Assembly (NCBI RefSeq): GCF_000002865.3
Contig: NW_001865086.1
Span: 97,447-161,446, forward strand
Source of the DNA: Monosiga brevicollis MX1
Taxonomy: Eukaryota
Direction: 5' to 3'
DNA length: 64,000 nucleotides
Part shown: positions 24,292-36,372 of the stretch, piece by piece
Layout: every line of letters starts with the position of its first letter
Position numbering within the stretch: the first letter of the stretch is position 1
Made by a program: the position numbers and the translations under genes
Notes under the pieces: generated by a model
Told to the model about the DNA's origin: nothing
The model's database searches: none
The model's input: only the letters and a program-made list of their open reading frames with translations

Positions 24292-25281
24292 GTCAATTTT
24301 TTGTCTGTTTGTTCGTCCCTTTCTGTTGCCTCCTCCTGGGGCCGTTGGCTTTTTGGGCTCATGCACAGGGCCACGGCTGGTTGTTGAGTTTTTGTTGCAT
24401 TTGGTGCTACCTCTTTTTTTTTAAAAAAAAAAACGCCACGCGTGGTGTTGCATATCCCATTGCCTGCCTCCATCGCACTCGAGTGAGTGGACCTGATCTG
24501 TGTTTTCGGAAGACGAGGGGGCTTGCCTCCCTCGCCCTCTCCTCTCTCGAAGGAATTGATTCAAAAGATGACTCGCAATTTTTCGGCCTGCGCTTGCATG
24601 CACGCACTTGGACGGGGATGCCTTGTTCGGTGTGCCTTGAGGACCGGAGCTGTGGCGTGTGGGCGCATCGGTTGCCGGGGCGGTGGGGAACAGCTCCAGC
24701 CCGCGCGAGTTGGGCTGTGCCTGCAGGCCGTTGCGGCGGACAATGCTGCCTTCCGTCAGTTCTCTGCCCAAAATACGTTCACGACACGAATCTCTCAAAT
24801 ACCTTTTCTTTACCATTGTATGTTATTCGATAGAAATGCATATCTCTGGAAATAATACCCACTGCAAGCAACTCTCTGAAAAGTTGATGGCGATCTTTCG
24901 AATTTCAGACATCGCAACGATGTGTGTACGATTGCAACAGCAGCTGCGTCTCTCTGGTTTAAAGCTGATATCCACCTGTATCTCTGCTACAATCTCTCAT
25001 AGGGTGATATTCTCTGTATTTGACTTGGTTTTTGTTAACAGTTGGCTACCATTCATCGCGCACTCTCTCACGCGAGGCGGCTTTGAAATAGCTTCTCTGG
25101 ATGTCGCACACATGTTTTTCTCTCCCTCTCTCCCTCTCGTCGCAGGGCGTCGACGGCATTCAGCGCGCAGTCGCGCGAGCAGTTCAGTGCAGACGCCAAC
25201 AGACGACACCAGGGCTAGAGGCGAACGCACAAAAAAGGGCGTAGCGCTGTTTGGCTTGGCGCGTAAGTTCCAGCTGCCTCA

Positions 25282-26764
25282 ATGGCGATGCTGATACTGC
25301 GTGTGCGCCACTGTGCTCATTTGAGGACTTGCCGCTGTAGGGCCTCGTCGCGTCGTCGCCATTGGCAGCACCACCACCTCCGTCCATTATCATCACACCA
25401 TCCGCTGCGCCAGCATCGGCTAGCACCAGCTGTCGCGGTGCAGGGCTGGGCAGCCCACGGCTCCTTGTTGCGCCGGAAGCAGCAGACAACCACCTAGGCC
25501 TTGCGGGTCTCAACAACAGACGCCATGACGCGTTCACGACATGGCAGCAGCAGTACGGCCAATGGCTCGGGCGAGGCGCCCGCAAAGCCCAAGCCCTGGC
25601 TCTGGATTATTAGCTACATGTTTTTCGCTGGTCTGTTGTCCCCTCGACCCTGACTCTGCCTTTGATGCTCTCCCTGGACCGATGATCACTCACAGCACAG
25701 TTGATCGCCGGCGTTGTTTCAGGCATGGACTCGATCTTGCTGCACGTGAATGACCGCGGCGACTGGCAGCCGCCCACAGCCCTCTATCTCTTTGTGTTCA
25801 TGGTGGGCGAGATGATGATCCTGCTGCCCTGCGCCCTGCTGCTCCGCAGCCGCGGTCGCGGTGGGTTCAAGGCACCGGCCGTGCGCACCGGTTTCATGGC
25901 TGGTGCGCTCAACGGCATTGGCGTTCTGGGCTTTGTCGCCCTCAACGGCATTGAAGAGGGTGAAGCCTCTAGCATCGCCCCCTTTAGTTCCCTCTACGTC
26001 CTCATTCCCATTCTCTACGGCCTCATTGTCCGGCGCGAGAAGCTCACCGCCCAAAAGGCCATCGGGGTTACCGTCGGCGTCCTCTCTACCGTCAGCTTTA
26101 TTTACAGCGGCTCCATCCCTCTCGGGGTCAATCGCCCCGACATTGTCCTTGCTGCCATGGCCTGCTTTGTTGGTGCGTTGCCACAGTATTCCAGACCCCC
26201 TCTCCCTTGTGGACATGCCCACAAGCATGGCCACACCTCGATACACATCCACACGCGCGCGCGCCTACATACACACACAGATGCCAATGCAATTTGACAT
26301 CCATTTCCATGTGGCGCTCATGTTTTACTCTCGTGTTTGCCTCTGTCCTAGGTTGGGGTGGGTGCATTCCATTTTATCACCACATGTCAACGTGGCCCGA
26401 GAGTAGCTTTGCCGCAGCCTACATTGTCAACATCCTGACCTTTGGGATGGTGGGTCTGGTGCCCACTCTGTTCACGGCGCCCATGCTGCCCGACGTCCGA
26501 GAGCTGGGCATGCTGGAAATTTTCAACCGCTCCAGAAACCTCTTGGGCGCCGGTGCTTGCGACGGCCTGTCCTCCCTGGCCTTTATTGCCATGTCCGCTG
26601 CCTACCCGGAAGACTCGGTTGTCGTCGGTACCCTCTCCAGCCTCTACGTCATCTTCCCCACCGTTGTTGGCCTGCTTTGGCTAGGTGAATCTCGGACCAC
26701 GGGCAAGATTGTTGCCGTGGCCCTTGGTCTCTTGTCCTCGGGTCTCCTAAGCGCCGAGGCCTGA
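25282..26764 (+). CDS. EamA/DMT-family membrane transporter (5' exon uncertain)
   Basis: Two homologous hydrophobic halves ending ASSIAPFSSLYVLIPILYGLIVRREKLT and SVVVGTLSSLYVIFPTVVGLLWLGESRT; intron about 26173-26351. Confidence 0.8.
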
Positions 26765-27298
26765 GTGGCTTCCAAAAGAAGGAGACGTCATGATGTGAGA
26801 GGAAAAAGAGGCGTTGCAGAGGTATCTTGCATGTTTCGTCGTCGTCTTTTGTCGCTGTTTGGGCGGTGCCCGTTGTTTTAGCGTGCATGCTATGGCCAGA
26901 GAATAAGTTAGCCAAGGGCCAGAGAAGTGGGCGCAGGTGGGGGGAGGCGCGTTGTTGGCGTGCATGCCTCGTTGTCCGTCTCCGCGACTCCAGCAATTGT
27001 GTAGTGCTGTAACGCCGAGTGGCACGAGGCCGCGCCTTTGATCCGTCTTTGTCTCGCATCATCCTCTAGGTCGTGCATCCAAGTCGTGGGGGCACATGTG
27101 ATGAATATGACTGTGTTCTTCGCCTGATTTCAAATGCATTCCAATTCGAATTTAAATAGCCTAAATTTTCCTCCTCACACTCATCCGCAACCCAGACCCA
27201 AAAGAAAAAAAGAAACGAGCAGCCAAAAAAAAATGAGAAGCAACCCAACCCGCTTTACATGGTTGTGGGTCATCTCTGAGCTACGTGGCCTTTCCGAG

Positions 27299-27790
27299 CT
27301 ATTTCACTGCTCCGAGCGAGCCGGCCCCTCCGAGGATGTCACAGATGGTGACGAGACCCGCTCCAAGCAGGATAGCGAGTCCATGTGCCAAGGTCGTGAT
27401 CGGCTCGGCCACCACGACATAGTAGGCGTTGACGATTAGACAGGTCGAGGTGAACAGCCGCAGCGTCGAGAGCTCTTGCCGCAACGCTTCGGGGCGTGCA
27501 CGCCGCTGCCACCAGCGATGGGGGACCACATCCACCACCAACATGCCCGCCATGGCGTTCCACACAATGGAGACGCCGGTACACCCCACGGCCAGACAAA
27601 GTCCAATCTGAAAGACCGTGATCCCCACCACCAGAGCACCTCGCACCCACCGCCCCCTCATTCCCAGGTGCCGATAGCACCGCCAACACACCGCCAACCC
27701 ATAACCAAGCAATGTATAATTGATGGCCACGTCCAACACCGCCCCCTCGTACGACAAGACGGCGCACACCTCCTCCCTCAACCCGCCCAT
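27299..27790 (-). CDS. Small multipass membrane protein, rhomboid-like
   Basis: 163-aa ORF with several TM segments. INYTLLGYG, CTGVS (GxS) and TTLAHGLAILLG (AHxxxxxxG) fall in rhomboid TM2/TM4/TM6 order. Confidence 0.5.
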   Translation of the reverse strand: MGGLREEVCAVLSYEGAVLDVAINYTLLGYGLAVCWRCYRHLGMRGRWVRGALVVGITVFQIGLCLAVGCTGVSIVWNAMAGMLVVDVVPHRWWQRRARPEALRQELSTLRLFTSTCLIVNAYYVVVAEPITTLAHGLAILLGAGLVTICDILGGAGSLGAVK

Positions 27791-27949
27791 CTCCCTAAAA
27801 CAGAAAAAAAATTAAAATTTTGGGCATCTCGATCGCGATGTGGAAAATCTGACAATCCCTTCCATTGTCATCATCTGACAACAGTTTTTGCTTTTTCCGG
27901 CTGTGTGCTATATATGTAGTATTATGAATAGCTGAGTTCAACAAGTGAT

Positions 27950-28023
27950 TCCTGCGTGGCGCAATTGGTTAGCGCGTTCGACTGTTAATCGAAAGGTTAC
28001 GAGTTCAAGCCTCGTCGCGGGAG
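27950..28023 (+). tRNA. tRNA-Asn(GTT), copy 1
   Basis: Cloverleaf: acceptor TCCTGCG/CGCGGGA, D stem GCGC/GCGC, anticodon stem TTCGA/TCGAA with loop CTGTTAA, T arm ACGAG-TTCAAGC-CTCGT; downstream T-run. Confidence 0.97.
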
Positions 28024-28752
28024 CTACACGATTATTTTTTGTCTTTTTGTAACGTAGAGACGGTGAATGCTATTTTGCTATGGGGGAAATGCGTGTGGAG
28101 TACTTCAGGCTGATGCTCTGGCGAATGGTGCTAGGTGGGGCACACGATGGATCCAGAGCTTGTTCTGATGTTCTCTTTTTTTACATGTTAAGCCGGGGGG
28201 CTATAATCGTCGATGCTGAGCCCCGTGTTAGTTTTTGTCTAATTGTACCGTATTCGGCCAATATTGAGCGGGCAGGGTGAGCAAGACATTCCACTTCGTG
28301 TAATCAGATCGAATGCTGTACAACAGTGAGAGTATGCGTCGGACGGACTCTGAATAGCGCACGGCGACGATCCTGGAGTCTGCTTTCTGCCGGCTGCGTT
28401 GGCTGGCTACAAACATCATTCGACGTGGTCAATTACTAAAATTTTAAGCGTAACCTATACGCCACCGTGGAAAACAATTGATTGGTCGGAACAAACTTGG
28501 TGTACACGCTCGACAAACACGTATACTGACGTACCAGGCATGGTATATCCCAACGGCAGCGCCTGTTACAAGTCACGTCCATGCTATACTCTCCTCAACT
28601 GCAGATATGAGCCCTGATCTGACTCGAACAGCAAGGGAAAAAAAAGCAACGAAAAACCAAATGTAATTACACCGAAAAGGGAAGCTGACGATTTTTTAAT
28701 TGTAAGACAGTGTTTATAAATGGAATTATGCATGCGGGTATTAACAAGTGAT

Positions 28753-28826
28753 TCCTGCGTGGCGCAATTGGTTAGCGCGTTCGACTGTTAATCGAAAGGT
28801 TACGAGTTCAAGCCTCGTCGCGGGAG
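28753..28826 (+). tRNA. tRNA-Asn(GTT), copy 2
   Basis: Identical 74-nt sequence to copy 1; downstream T-run. Confidence 0.97.
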
Positions 28827-29208
28827 CTACACGATTATTTTTTGTTTTTGGTCGACCCGATCATGAATGAGAGCTTCAAATGAGAGATGAGAGAGAGCTT
28901 GGCACAGCGGCGGCAGTGGAGAGCTCTCAGACCGCTCTTCGTGTGTTTTTTTTTAACATCCAGGATGAAAATTTTTTACATGTTATTTTTTTAACATCCG
29001 GATGTAAATTTTTTTTTGCTTCTTGCCACCATGCCACCACAGGCCTCCCCCATGGTAACGCGGCCGTCATATGAAGAGCGCATGCCCACGACCACCACAC
29101 CCACAATTGACCACTGGGTTCAATTTACAAATTCAGACTCGAGAATGACGATACGAAATCAGTCTCTAGTGTCCAACGCGGCAGTCTCATCCCATCCCGA
29201 TAGGTTGA

Positions 29209-32123
29209 CTACCAGGCCGTTTCGACGTAGTCCTTGAGGAAGAGGCCTTGGAGCTGCTCACCGCTGCCGACTCCGGCAAAGACGGGGTGGACGACTCGCG
29301 CAGCGGCATCCACCTCGTCGATTGGCGTTTGAAAGTTGTGCTCCTCAGCAATGCGGACGGCCTTATCCAACGGGTTCTCGTCGTTGATCCAGCCCGTGTC
29401 CACCGCATTCATATAGATGCCCGCCTGAGGTAGTCACACGGCGCGCATCCGTGAAGCCACGCCATGGCAGGGTGCGCAGGGCACTCCAGAGGTCAAGCAC
29501 GCACCTGAGCATAGTCGGCCGCCGAGGTGCGCGTCATCATGTTGAGCGCGGCCTTGGCCATGTTGGTATGCGGATGGTTGGGCGTCTTGAACCGATAAAA
29601 CTTGCCTGTCGCCGCGCAAGAAAGAAACATATCAGCGGGGGCAGACACGGCCGAGACCACGAGTGGCCAGCGGCGACGCCGTACCTTCCATAGCCGAAAC
29701 GTTGACAATGTAGCGGTCGGCGTGTGGGGAGCGCACCATCAACGGCCGCAACTTGCCGTTGAGCACAAAGGGGGATAGCGCGTTGACGGCCATCACCTGG
29801 TCGCACGCGGGAGCGTCAGTCAACGAGGCACGCAACGTTGTCCTTGCCACGACCACAAACGCACCTCGGCGGCCTCAGGGGTGGAAACTTCTTCGAGCTT
29901 CATAACCCAGCTCGTTTTGGTCCGGAGGTCAATTTGTTGGGCATGGACATCGGTCAGACCCGTGGGAAAGTGCTCGACGTTGTCGTCATAGTCCTCGAGC
30001 GTCATGGGGATCTGACAGGCGCACAGACCGTGACGTGGCACAGCAGGCACAGAGCAGGCACAGAGCAGGCATAAAATTGCGCCAACATACCTGGGTACTG
30101 AGGGCAGCGAGGGCCGAGTGGGGTAGAGAGGCCGCATCAAGCCGGGCGGGGGCGGCGCTCGTGGCGGTGGGAGGTTCAGGGGTGGGAGGCTCGGGAGCGG
30201 GGCCGAGCTGAAGCTGGGCCAACATGTCACTAATCATGACGTTGTTCTGGCACACCTGCGGTGGCAGGGCTGCCGGGCTCACTTCGTCTTGGAGCAGGTG
30301 ACGGTAGTAGGCCGGAGGACGACGAATGGTCTGGCACGCATTGTTGATGATGACATCTAGCCTGCGAGAAAGGACCCGGAAGCGCAGGGACCGGCGCGCC
30401 ACACGCCGGTCAGGTATATCAAAACTGAGGCCATGCGGTGGTGTACGTGCGACGGGGGCCAACGCGTACCACTCGTGATGCTCGCGCATCCACGTGCAAA
30501 ACGACTCGACTGCGGCCAGGTTGCGCAGGTCGAGGCCATAAATCTGAACCCGATCCAGCCAGGCGGCGCTATCGGGCTCCTGGTGACGCAGAGCACACAC
30601 GTGCGAATCGGCATGCAGGTGAGAGCGGATAACTGGGAACAGGTGCGACCGGGCCAAGGGATCGTAAAGGCGGGCGAGACCTGCTCAAGGCGCTGGAAGC
30701 AATTTTGCGGGAAGCGAGTCGTCACAATGACGTGGGAGCCTGCGCGAAGCAGCTTGAGGACAATCTGCGCGCAGCATGCAGGATCAGCATGTTGAAATCA
30801 TACACGTGCGCCCGGGGGCTATGGCATGCAGTGTGCACCTGGTAGCCAATTTTGATGCGTCCGCCGGTTACGAGGGAGATGCGACCGCTCATGTCAGCCT
30901 TGAGATGGCGCTACGCGCAGGTCAAGGAGTGTGGCAAAGAGGGCGCAGATCAGATTGGCAACGATCCTGGCACAAGGCCAAGCCAAGAAGCGATTGGAGG
31001 TTGTATACTGCGGCTAGCGATGGGCAGGCAGAGCGGCGGGTTTGAGGCACGGTCACACCTTTTCCCAATTGAGAGCCGCACACGCAGGACAGAGCTGGTC
31101 ATAGAAATGGTGCAGCTCCTGATAACTAAAAGCCCAAGGATGAGGGTTACAGGGAGCATGGCCAGCGAGCGTCAGGGAGAAAGAAAGGTGGTGGCGGGCG
31201 CGGGCGTATGCTGGCAGGCCGAATCACGCTCGCAGAGAATAATGGCCATGTGCGACGGACCGAGCTTTGCAGATGTAGCAACTACGGAGAATGTGCTCGA
31301 GGGAGCACGTCTCTTCAGCAGGCGGGTCCGAGGCTTCGGTAAGGGCCAGTTGCTCCGAGTAAGAGAGAGCGGGTCCGTCTGGGACGGCCACATGCTAAGG
31401 AATGCGGAAAAAAAGGGGGCGGATGAAAGACAAGGTGAAAGGTGCAGGTAGGCCTACAAAATGTGTGGTCGGCCGCAAATGTTTGCCGTCTGCCTACCTC
31501 GAGCTCGTGCTGGCGAGCCTGGTCTTGAATGCGTTGGAGGGCGTCCAGGCGCTGGGCTCGGAGGCGCCGGCTCTCAATCAGCTTTTGATCCATCTGCCGC
31601 TGCTTCATGCGGCGAAAGTTGGTTTCCTGCTTGCGATGCTTGCTGCTCTTGTACTCGTCCCAGGAAAAGCCAGCAAAGTTGCGTCCCGAGTCGTGCGACA
31701 CGATCGGCCGCAGCGTCGTGCGCAGCTGACACAAGTAACCAAGACCATCATCAGGGCACAGGGCAGTCCTACAATGGCACAGGGCCACGCTAAAACGCCA
31801 CAGCACCTACCTCCTTGTACGTGCGGCTGGCGTAGCGATCCAGATCCGAAGCCAAGACCGCCAGCACCTATACGACACACACACACACACACATATGATC
31901 GCGCCAAGCTGAGCGCGCCTGCTCTGCGGGAACCGACAGCGCCATCATTGACGCTCATACACCAGCACCTTACCTTCAAGGTCGTCCTATACTCCTCAGC
32001 GGTAAACCCCTCATGCAAATCATCCTCTGCTTCCTGATCTTCCTCGTCAGCCGCTGCCGCCGTTCCAAAGGGCAGCCACAGCTCCATCGCCTCATCAGCA
32101 TCTTCCTGTCCGTCCGACGCCAT
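29209..32123 (-). CDS. Atypical short-chain dehydrogenase/reductase with N-terminal CxxC...CxxC motif, multi-exon
   Basis: [96 protein letters not shown]. Confidence 0.9.
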
Positions 32124-32509
32124 GATGCCTCGTGGTGCGAAAAATGCGTGTGTGGTAATGACTACAGGTCCGTGTGAGGATGTGTATGCCTGGGTGTGCG
32201 ACTATTTATAGCGTTTTAGGTGAATGGTTGACGTTCAGGTGTGGTGAAGTTGTATCTCGTGTGTGGCGATATTAAAGCAAACGTATGCTTGGGTTATTAT
32301 CTCAATAACAGCCCTCCAATATAAATTACCATGACAATGACGTGAATTCGAATTTCAATACTACCTCTCCAAACTAATAAACTGTGATATTGGTGAAGTG
32401 CGTCGTCGATGCTCGCAACATGTGCTTGCATGAAACGGCAGCGTGAAGGATCCAAGGGGGGTGCAGTGGACGATTGAGGCAAGGGATAGAAACGATATCG
32501 ATTGGCGTG

Positions 32510-33951
32510 CTAGCTGGGCCGTGGTTCAGGTGTGGGTGTGTGAAAAGCGGCCATGTAGTCGCTTAAAGTTGGAATGGTCAGGCGCTCGTAAAAGTACTTG
32601 GCCACAGGACTGGACTGCTCGTCACACACGATCATGTTGCTGAGAAGGACTGCCACGTACAGGTAGCCGGTAACTGGTCGCATCTGCATGCGCATGGCGC
32701 GAGGATTGGCAAGGCCTTCGAAGCGAGAGAATACCCCAGTTCCCGGTGCGCCAAAGCACCAATCAACGGCCACTCTTACGCTGTCGAGCTGTTGGTCGTG
32801 AGCCACGGCTTCCTGCTCGTTGTTTGCCCCTCGCCTAGTCTGTGCGGGTCGCACAATGCGCTTCGACTCGGGGTGCGCCTGGTCACCCAGGATACACCAC
32901 GGCGCTCGCTCCGGCCACAGCTGACCAAGGCGTCCCTCAAGACCCAAGCTCGCCAGCATGACGGCATCCTGCGTGGGACCTGAGGGTAGGCAGATGGTTG
33001 CAATGAGGTTGTGGTATGTGAGTTTGCGCTCGGCTCAATCAAGGGTAGGCTGACCTCGAAACGGCCCATAAAAGCTGATGATGATGCCGTTGGGCGCCAA
33101 AACTGCTTGATATCGGAGCGCGTGCGCCTGACATGGCAGCAGCACGTGAGCGACAAATGATTGCGAGACCAAGGACATGCTACGCATGCACCCACCTTGT
33201 CCTTGCCAACGCAGAACCATCGCTGGGCCTCGCCTGCGGGTCGGGCGATATGATGGTCGGTTCGGTCAATAAAGGCACAGATGCCTGCAGTTGGAGGATG
33301 GCGGGTTGCCACAGCAGCTGCGCCTTGCTTGGCCCAGCTTGGTTGAAAGTAGCGCTCGTCAAAGTTCATCCGCTCCTGTACCAGCGCTGTCAAAGCCAGG
33401 ACAAACGTGTTGACGACCTTTGACAGTTTTTGCGAGGTCCATGATAAGTTGAGCTCTCGCACGGCGTCCACCAGTCGCAAGGGGCGGTGGAACAGGGTCA
33501 GAAAGGCGACCAATGCGTCTCGCACAGGTACAGGCACGGCGTTGTCTGGTAGGGCGGGCAAACTGGCAGCAATGCGTTCAAACTGCGCACGATCGGCCAA
33601 GCCACACACTCGCGGCCACCAGGCGTCGTCCAACAGATCAAAAACGACGTGAGGCGTGCCCCCTGCGCAGATGGCAGACTTGTAGTGCGGGTAGAGACTC
33701 CAAAGCTCGGCTTGTAGGCCACGCGCTAGTTCTGAGGCCATTATCAGTCCCTCCCGGATGCCCTCCTCGTTGATTTGACCCAGATTTTCGAGATGGCTCA
33801 GGTAATCAACAACGAGGTCGATGGTAGCGAGGTATAGCACATTTCCGTTGCGCTCAATCTCTCGAATGATGGCGCATTTTTGGCTTGTCGTCAGACGCAC
33901 ATCCCGCTCCACGCGCCGGCGCGGTATCCGTCTGGTTCGCGGCCGCGCCAT
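32510..33951 (-). mobile_element. PIF/Harbinger-type DDE transposase (DDE_Tnp_4/HARBI1-like) gene with two introns
   Basis: AFIDRTDHHIARP...GKDK|AHALRYQAVLAPNGIIISFYGPFR|GPTQDAVML...ILGDQAH...DSVRVAVDWCFG follows the Harbinger motif order (IDGT..RP; K..H...Q; GP..G..D; GD.gY; R..VE..FG). TIRs not identified. Confidence 0.8.
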
Positions 33952-34246
33952 GCTTTTTGCCTGTCGTAATGCCCAAGGTGATAATGATAATACCACTGAT
34001 CAACAGCCAAGCACACTGCGTTGCGCGGTCGGCGGGTGGCGTGAGTGACAGTAGGCGGCTGGGCCACAGCAAGCAGCACAGCCCGGGCCTGGGCGTTCGC
34101 CATCATCCTGGAGCCCATCACGGTCAACAACGGGACGAGCGAACACAGTGACAATCACGCAAATCAATTGTCAGAAAAAACAAAATGATAATTAAATCCA
34201 TGTTCTATATATGTAATATTATGATCAGCAGACTTCAACAAGTGAT

Positions 34247-34320
34247 TCCTGCGTGGCGCAATTGGTTAGCGCGTTCGACTGTTAATCGAAAGGTTACGAG
34301 TTCAAGCCTCGTCGCGGGAG
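34247..34320 (+). tRNA. tRNA-Asn(GTT), copy 3
   Basis: Identical 74-nt sequence; shares about 45 bp of upstream flank with copy 1. Confidence 0.97.
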
Positions 34321-35367
34321 CTACATGATTACTTTTTGTCTTTTATCGCTCTCCTTTTATTGCTCTCCTTCTTCTTCTTCTCGTCCTTCTTCGACAAGCT
34401 TCCGTGCACTGCCTCTTCTCTTTATTAGTCTTTAGCTTTGTATTTGTCTCTCTCGCTTTGTTCGACTTTACCTTGTTTCCTGTTGTTACATGTGGTAGTT
34501 GTGCTTTTCCTTTGTGTCTTTGCTCTTTATTTCTCCCGACCAAACCATGAACGCCCTTTGTTACCAAGTGTCATCGCCTACTTTTTTTTTTTTCTTTTTG
34601 TTCTTTGACTTTCGCTCCACTGTTGTGTTAGGGGCAAATGGGGATGGCTGGCTGGTGTTGGATCGGGTCGGAGCGTTAGGGGTTGGTGGGTGTGCTTGGG
34701 CCGGGTCGGGTCGAGCTTGTGCAACAGGGTCATGAGCTTGACTGTTTCTTGATTGAGAGGGTGTGGATGAAATGTTGTTTCTCCAACCGACACGGTTCTG
34801 TAGACCGGAAGTGGCATTTTACTTTGTACCTTTCCCGTTTCAATTTCCTCTGTTTGCTTTGTGAATTCACCACAAACAGATCACATCCAAAAAAATGGCT
34901 TTTACTCGCTTTGTAGCCTAGCACAAATTAATTCCGTACATGGTGATCAACGCAAAGGCTGGCATCGACAATCAACGCCCCTACAGTCTTCGAGGTATCA
35001 AGGCGTGCCGCAACCGTGTGCTGGAAGCAGCGATTAAACTCAAAATGCTGAGAGACCAACGGGCGTCGACAGAGTGCTCCAATGATTGCCTGAACGGCTC
35101 ATGCTGATGATGATGATGTCACGACACTCCGCATCGCCCGAGGAGCAGAAACCAGGAGCAAGTGAAAAAAAAAAAAAAAAAAAAAAAAAGAAGAAGGACA
35201 TGAAGCACAGTCATTGAGCGCGCGCCTCGCACTTGTCTGACCAACTTTTCTTGGACGCGCGTTGCCATGAGCTTAAAGCTGGCTCGCTCGCCGTCAGGAA
35301 TGGTGGCTCACATACCCGGGCGGGGGATAAGATTGATGTGACTGAAGGGGCAGTTAGCCAACGGGCT

Positions 35368-35702
35368 TGTAACGTCATGGCAGGCAACGAGGCAGTACAC
35401 GTTGTACGTTCAAGCGCCAGTTGTGCGGTGCTTTGGAAACCACTTGTAACAGGCGAGCTGTCATGTCGGGCAAAGGGGCGATACAGGTTGTACGTTCACA
35501 AGCCCCAATTTTGTGGTGCTCTAGAAGCTGCTCGTAACGGGTCATGTTTGGCAAAGGGGCAGTACACGTTGTACGTACACAAGCCCCAGTTTTACAGCAC
35601 CTTGGAAGCTGCTCGTAACAGGCGAGCTGTCATGCCAGGCAAAGGGGCAGTCCACGTTGATACGAACACAAGCTTGACGGCGCTTTGGAATTTGCTTGTA
35701 AG
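35368..35702. repeat. Degenerate tandem repeat, four units of about 78-88 bp
   Basis: Units start GTAAC near 35369, 35446, 35534 and 35615 and share GTCATG..GGCAAAGGGGC..TACACGTTGTACG..CAAGC. Confidence 0.8.
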
Positions 35703-36372
35703 ACTGTTGTTGTTTTGACTTTCCTCTCCGAAAATAAAAAAGTAAAAAAGAAGAAGAACAAGGTGTAAACGTGTGTGTGTGTGTGTTGCTTGCATTTTCC
35801 TTCTTCTGGCCTCTCTCTTTGGCTTGTTGCCATTGCTTTTGCTTTTGATCTTCTTCTTCTTCTGCTTCTTGTTGGTGTTGCCCTTTCTTGGCAGCGGTCT
35901 CGGTATCAAAATTGGCATCGGCGGGCTCCTTGATGTGTCTTGCTTTGTGTGTGTGTGCGTGGTGACTGATCGCTTGTGCTTGGTACGGGACTTTCCTGGT
36001 CGGGGCCTTGCAGCGACGCCAGAACGTTTTGATTGAAAGCACCGATGCCATTTTTTTGTTTTTTGCTTTCAGTTGACCTCACTGATCTCACCTCGCAGTC
36101 GACAACGTGCGCTGGGCAACCAAGTACACCTGCCCTCGCAACTGTCATCGAGAACTGTTAACCAAAAGGTGAGTCGTTTGGTGCACCAGGCAGAGAAGAG
36201 CAAGGAGCCCGCTGACCGGCTGCCGTTTTGGAAGCGCGCGCCTGTCGGATCCCAGTCCGAATTCCGGGTTGTCAGACGAGTTGTACTTGGAGGGGGCTCA
36301 TGAGATTGGTGATAGATAGAGAAGCAAGCAAAGCGGTTTGAAGCGGATGGTGAATAGAGAGATACCGTTGCC

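Noticed and set aside
24840..25100. Cluster of TCTCTG motifs upstream of the EamA gene
   Set aside because: Genome is rich in TC repeats; cannot be distinguished from chance without statistics.
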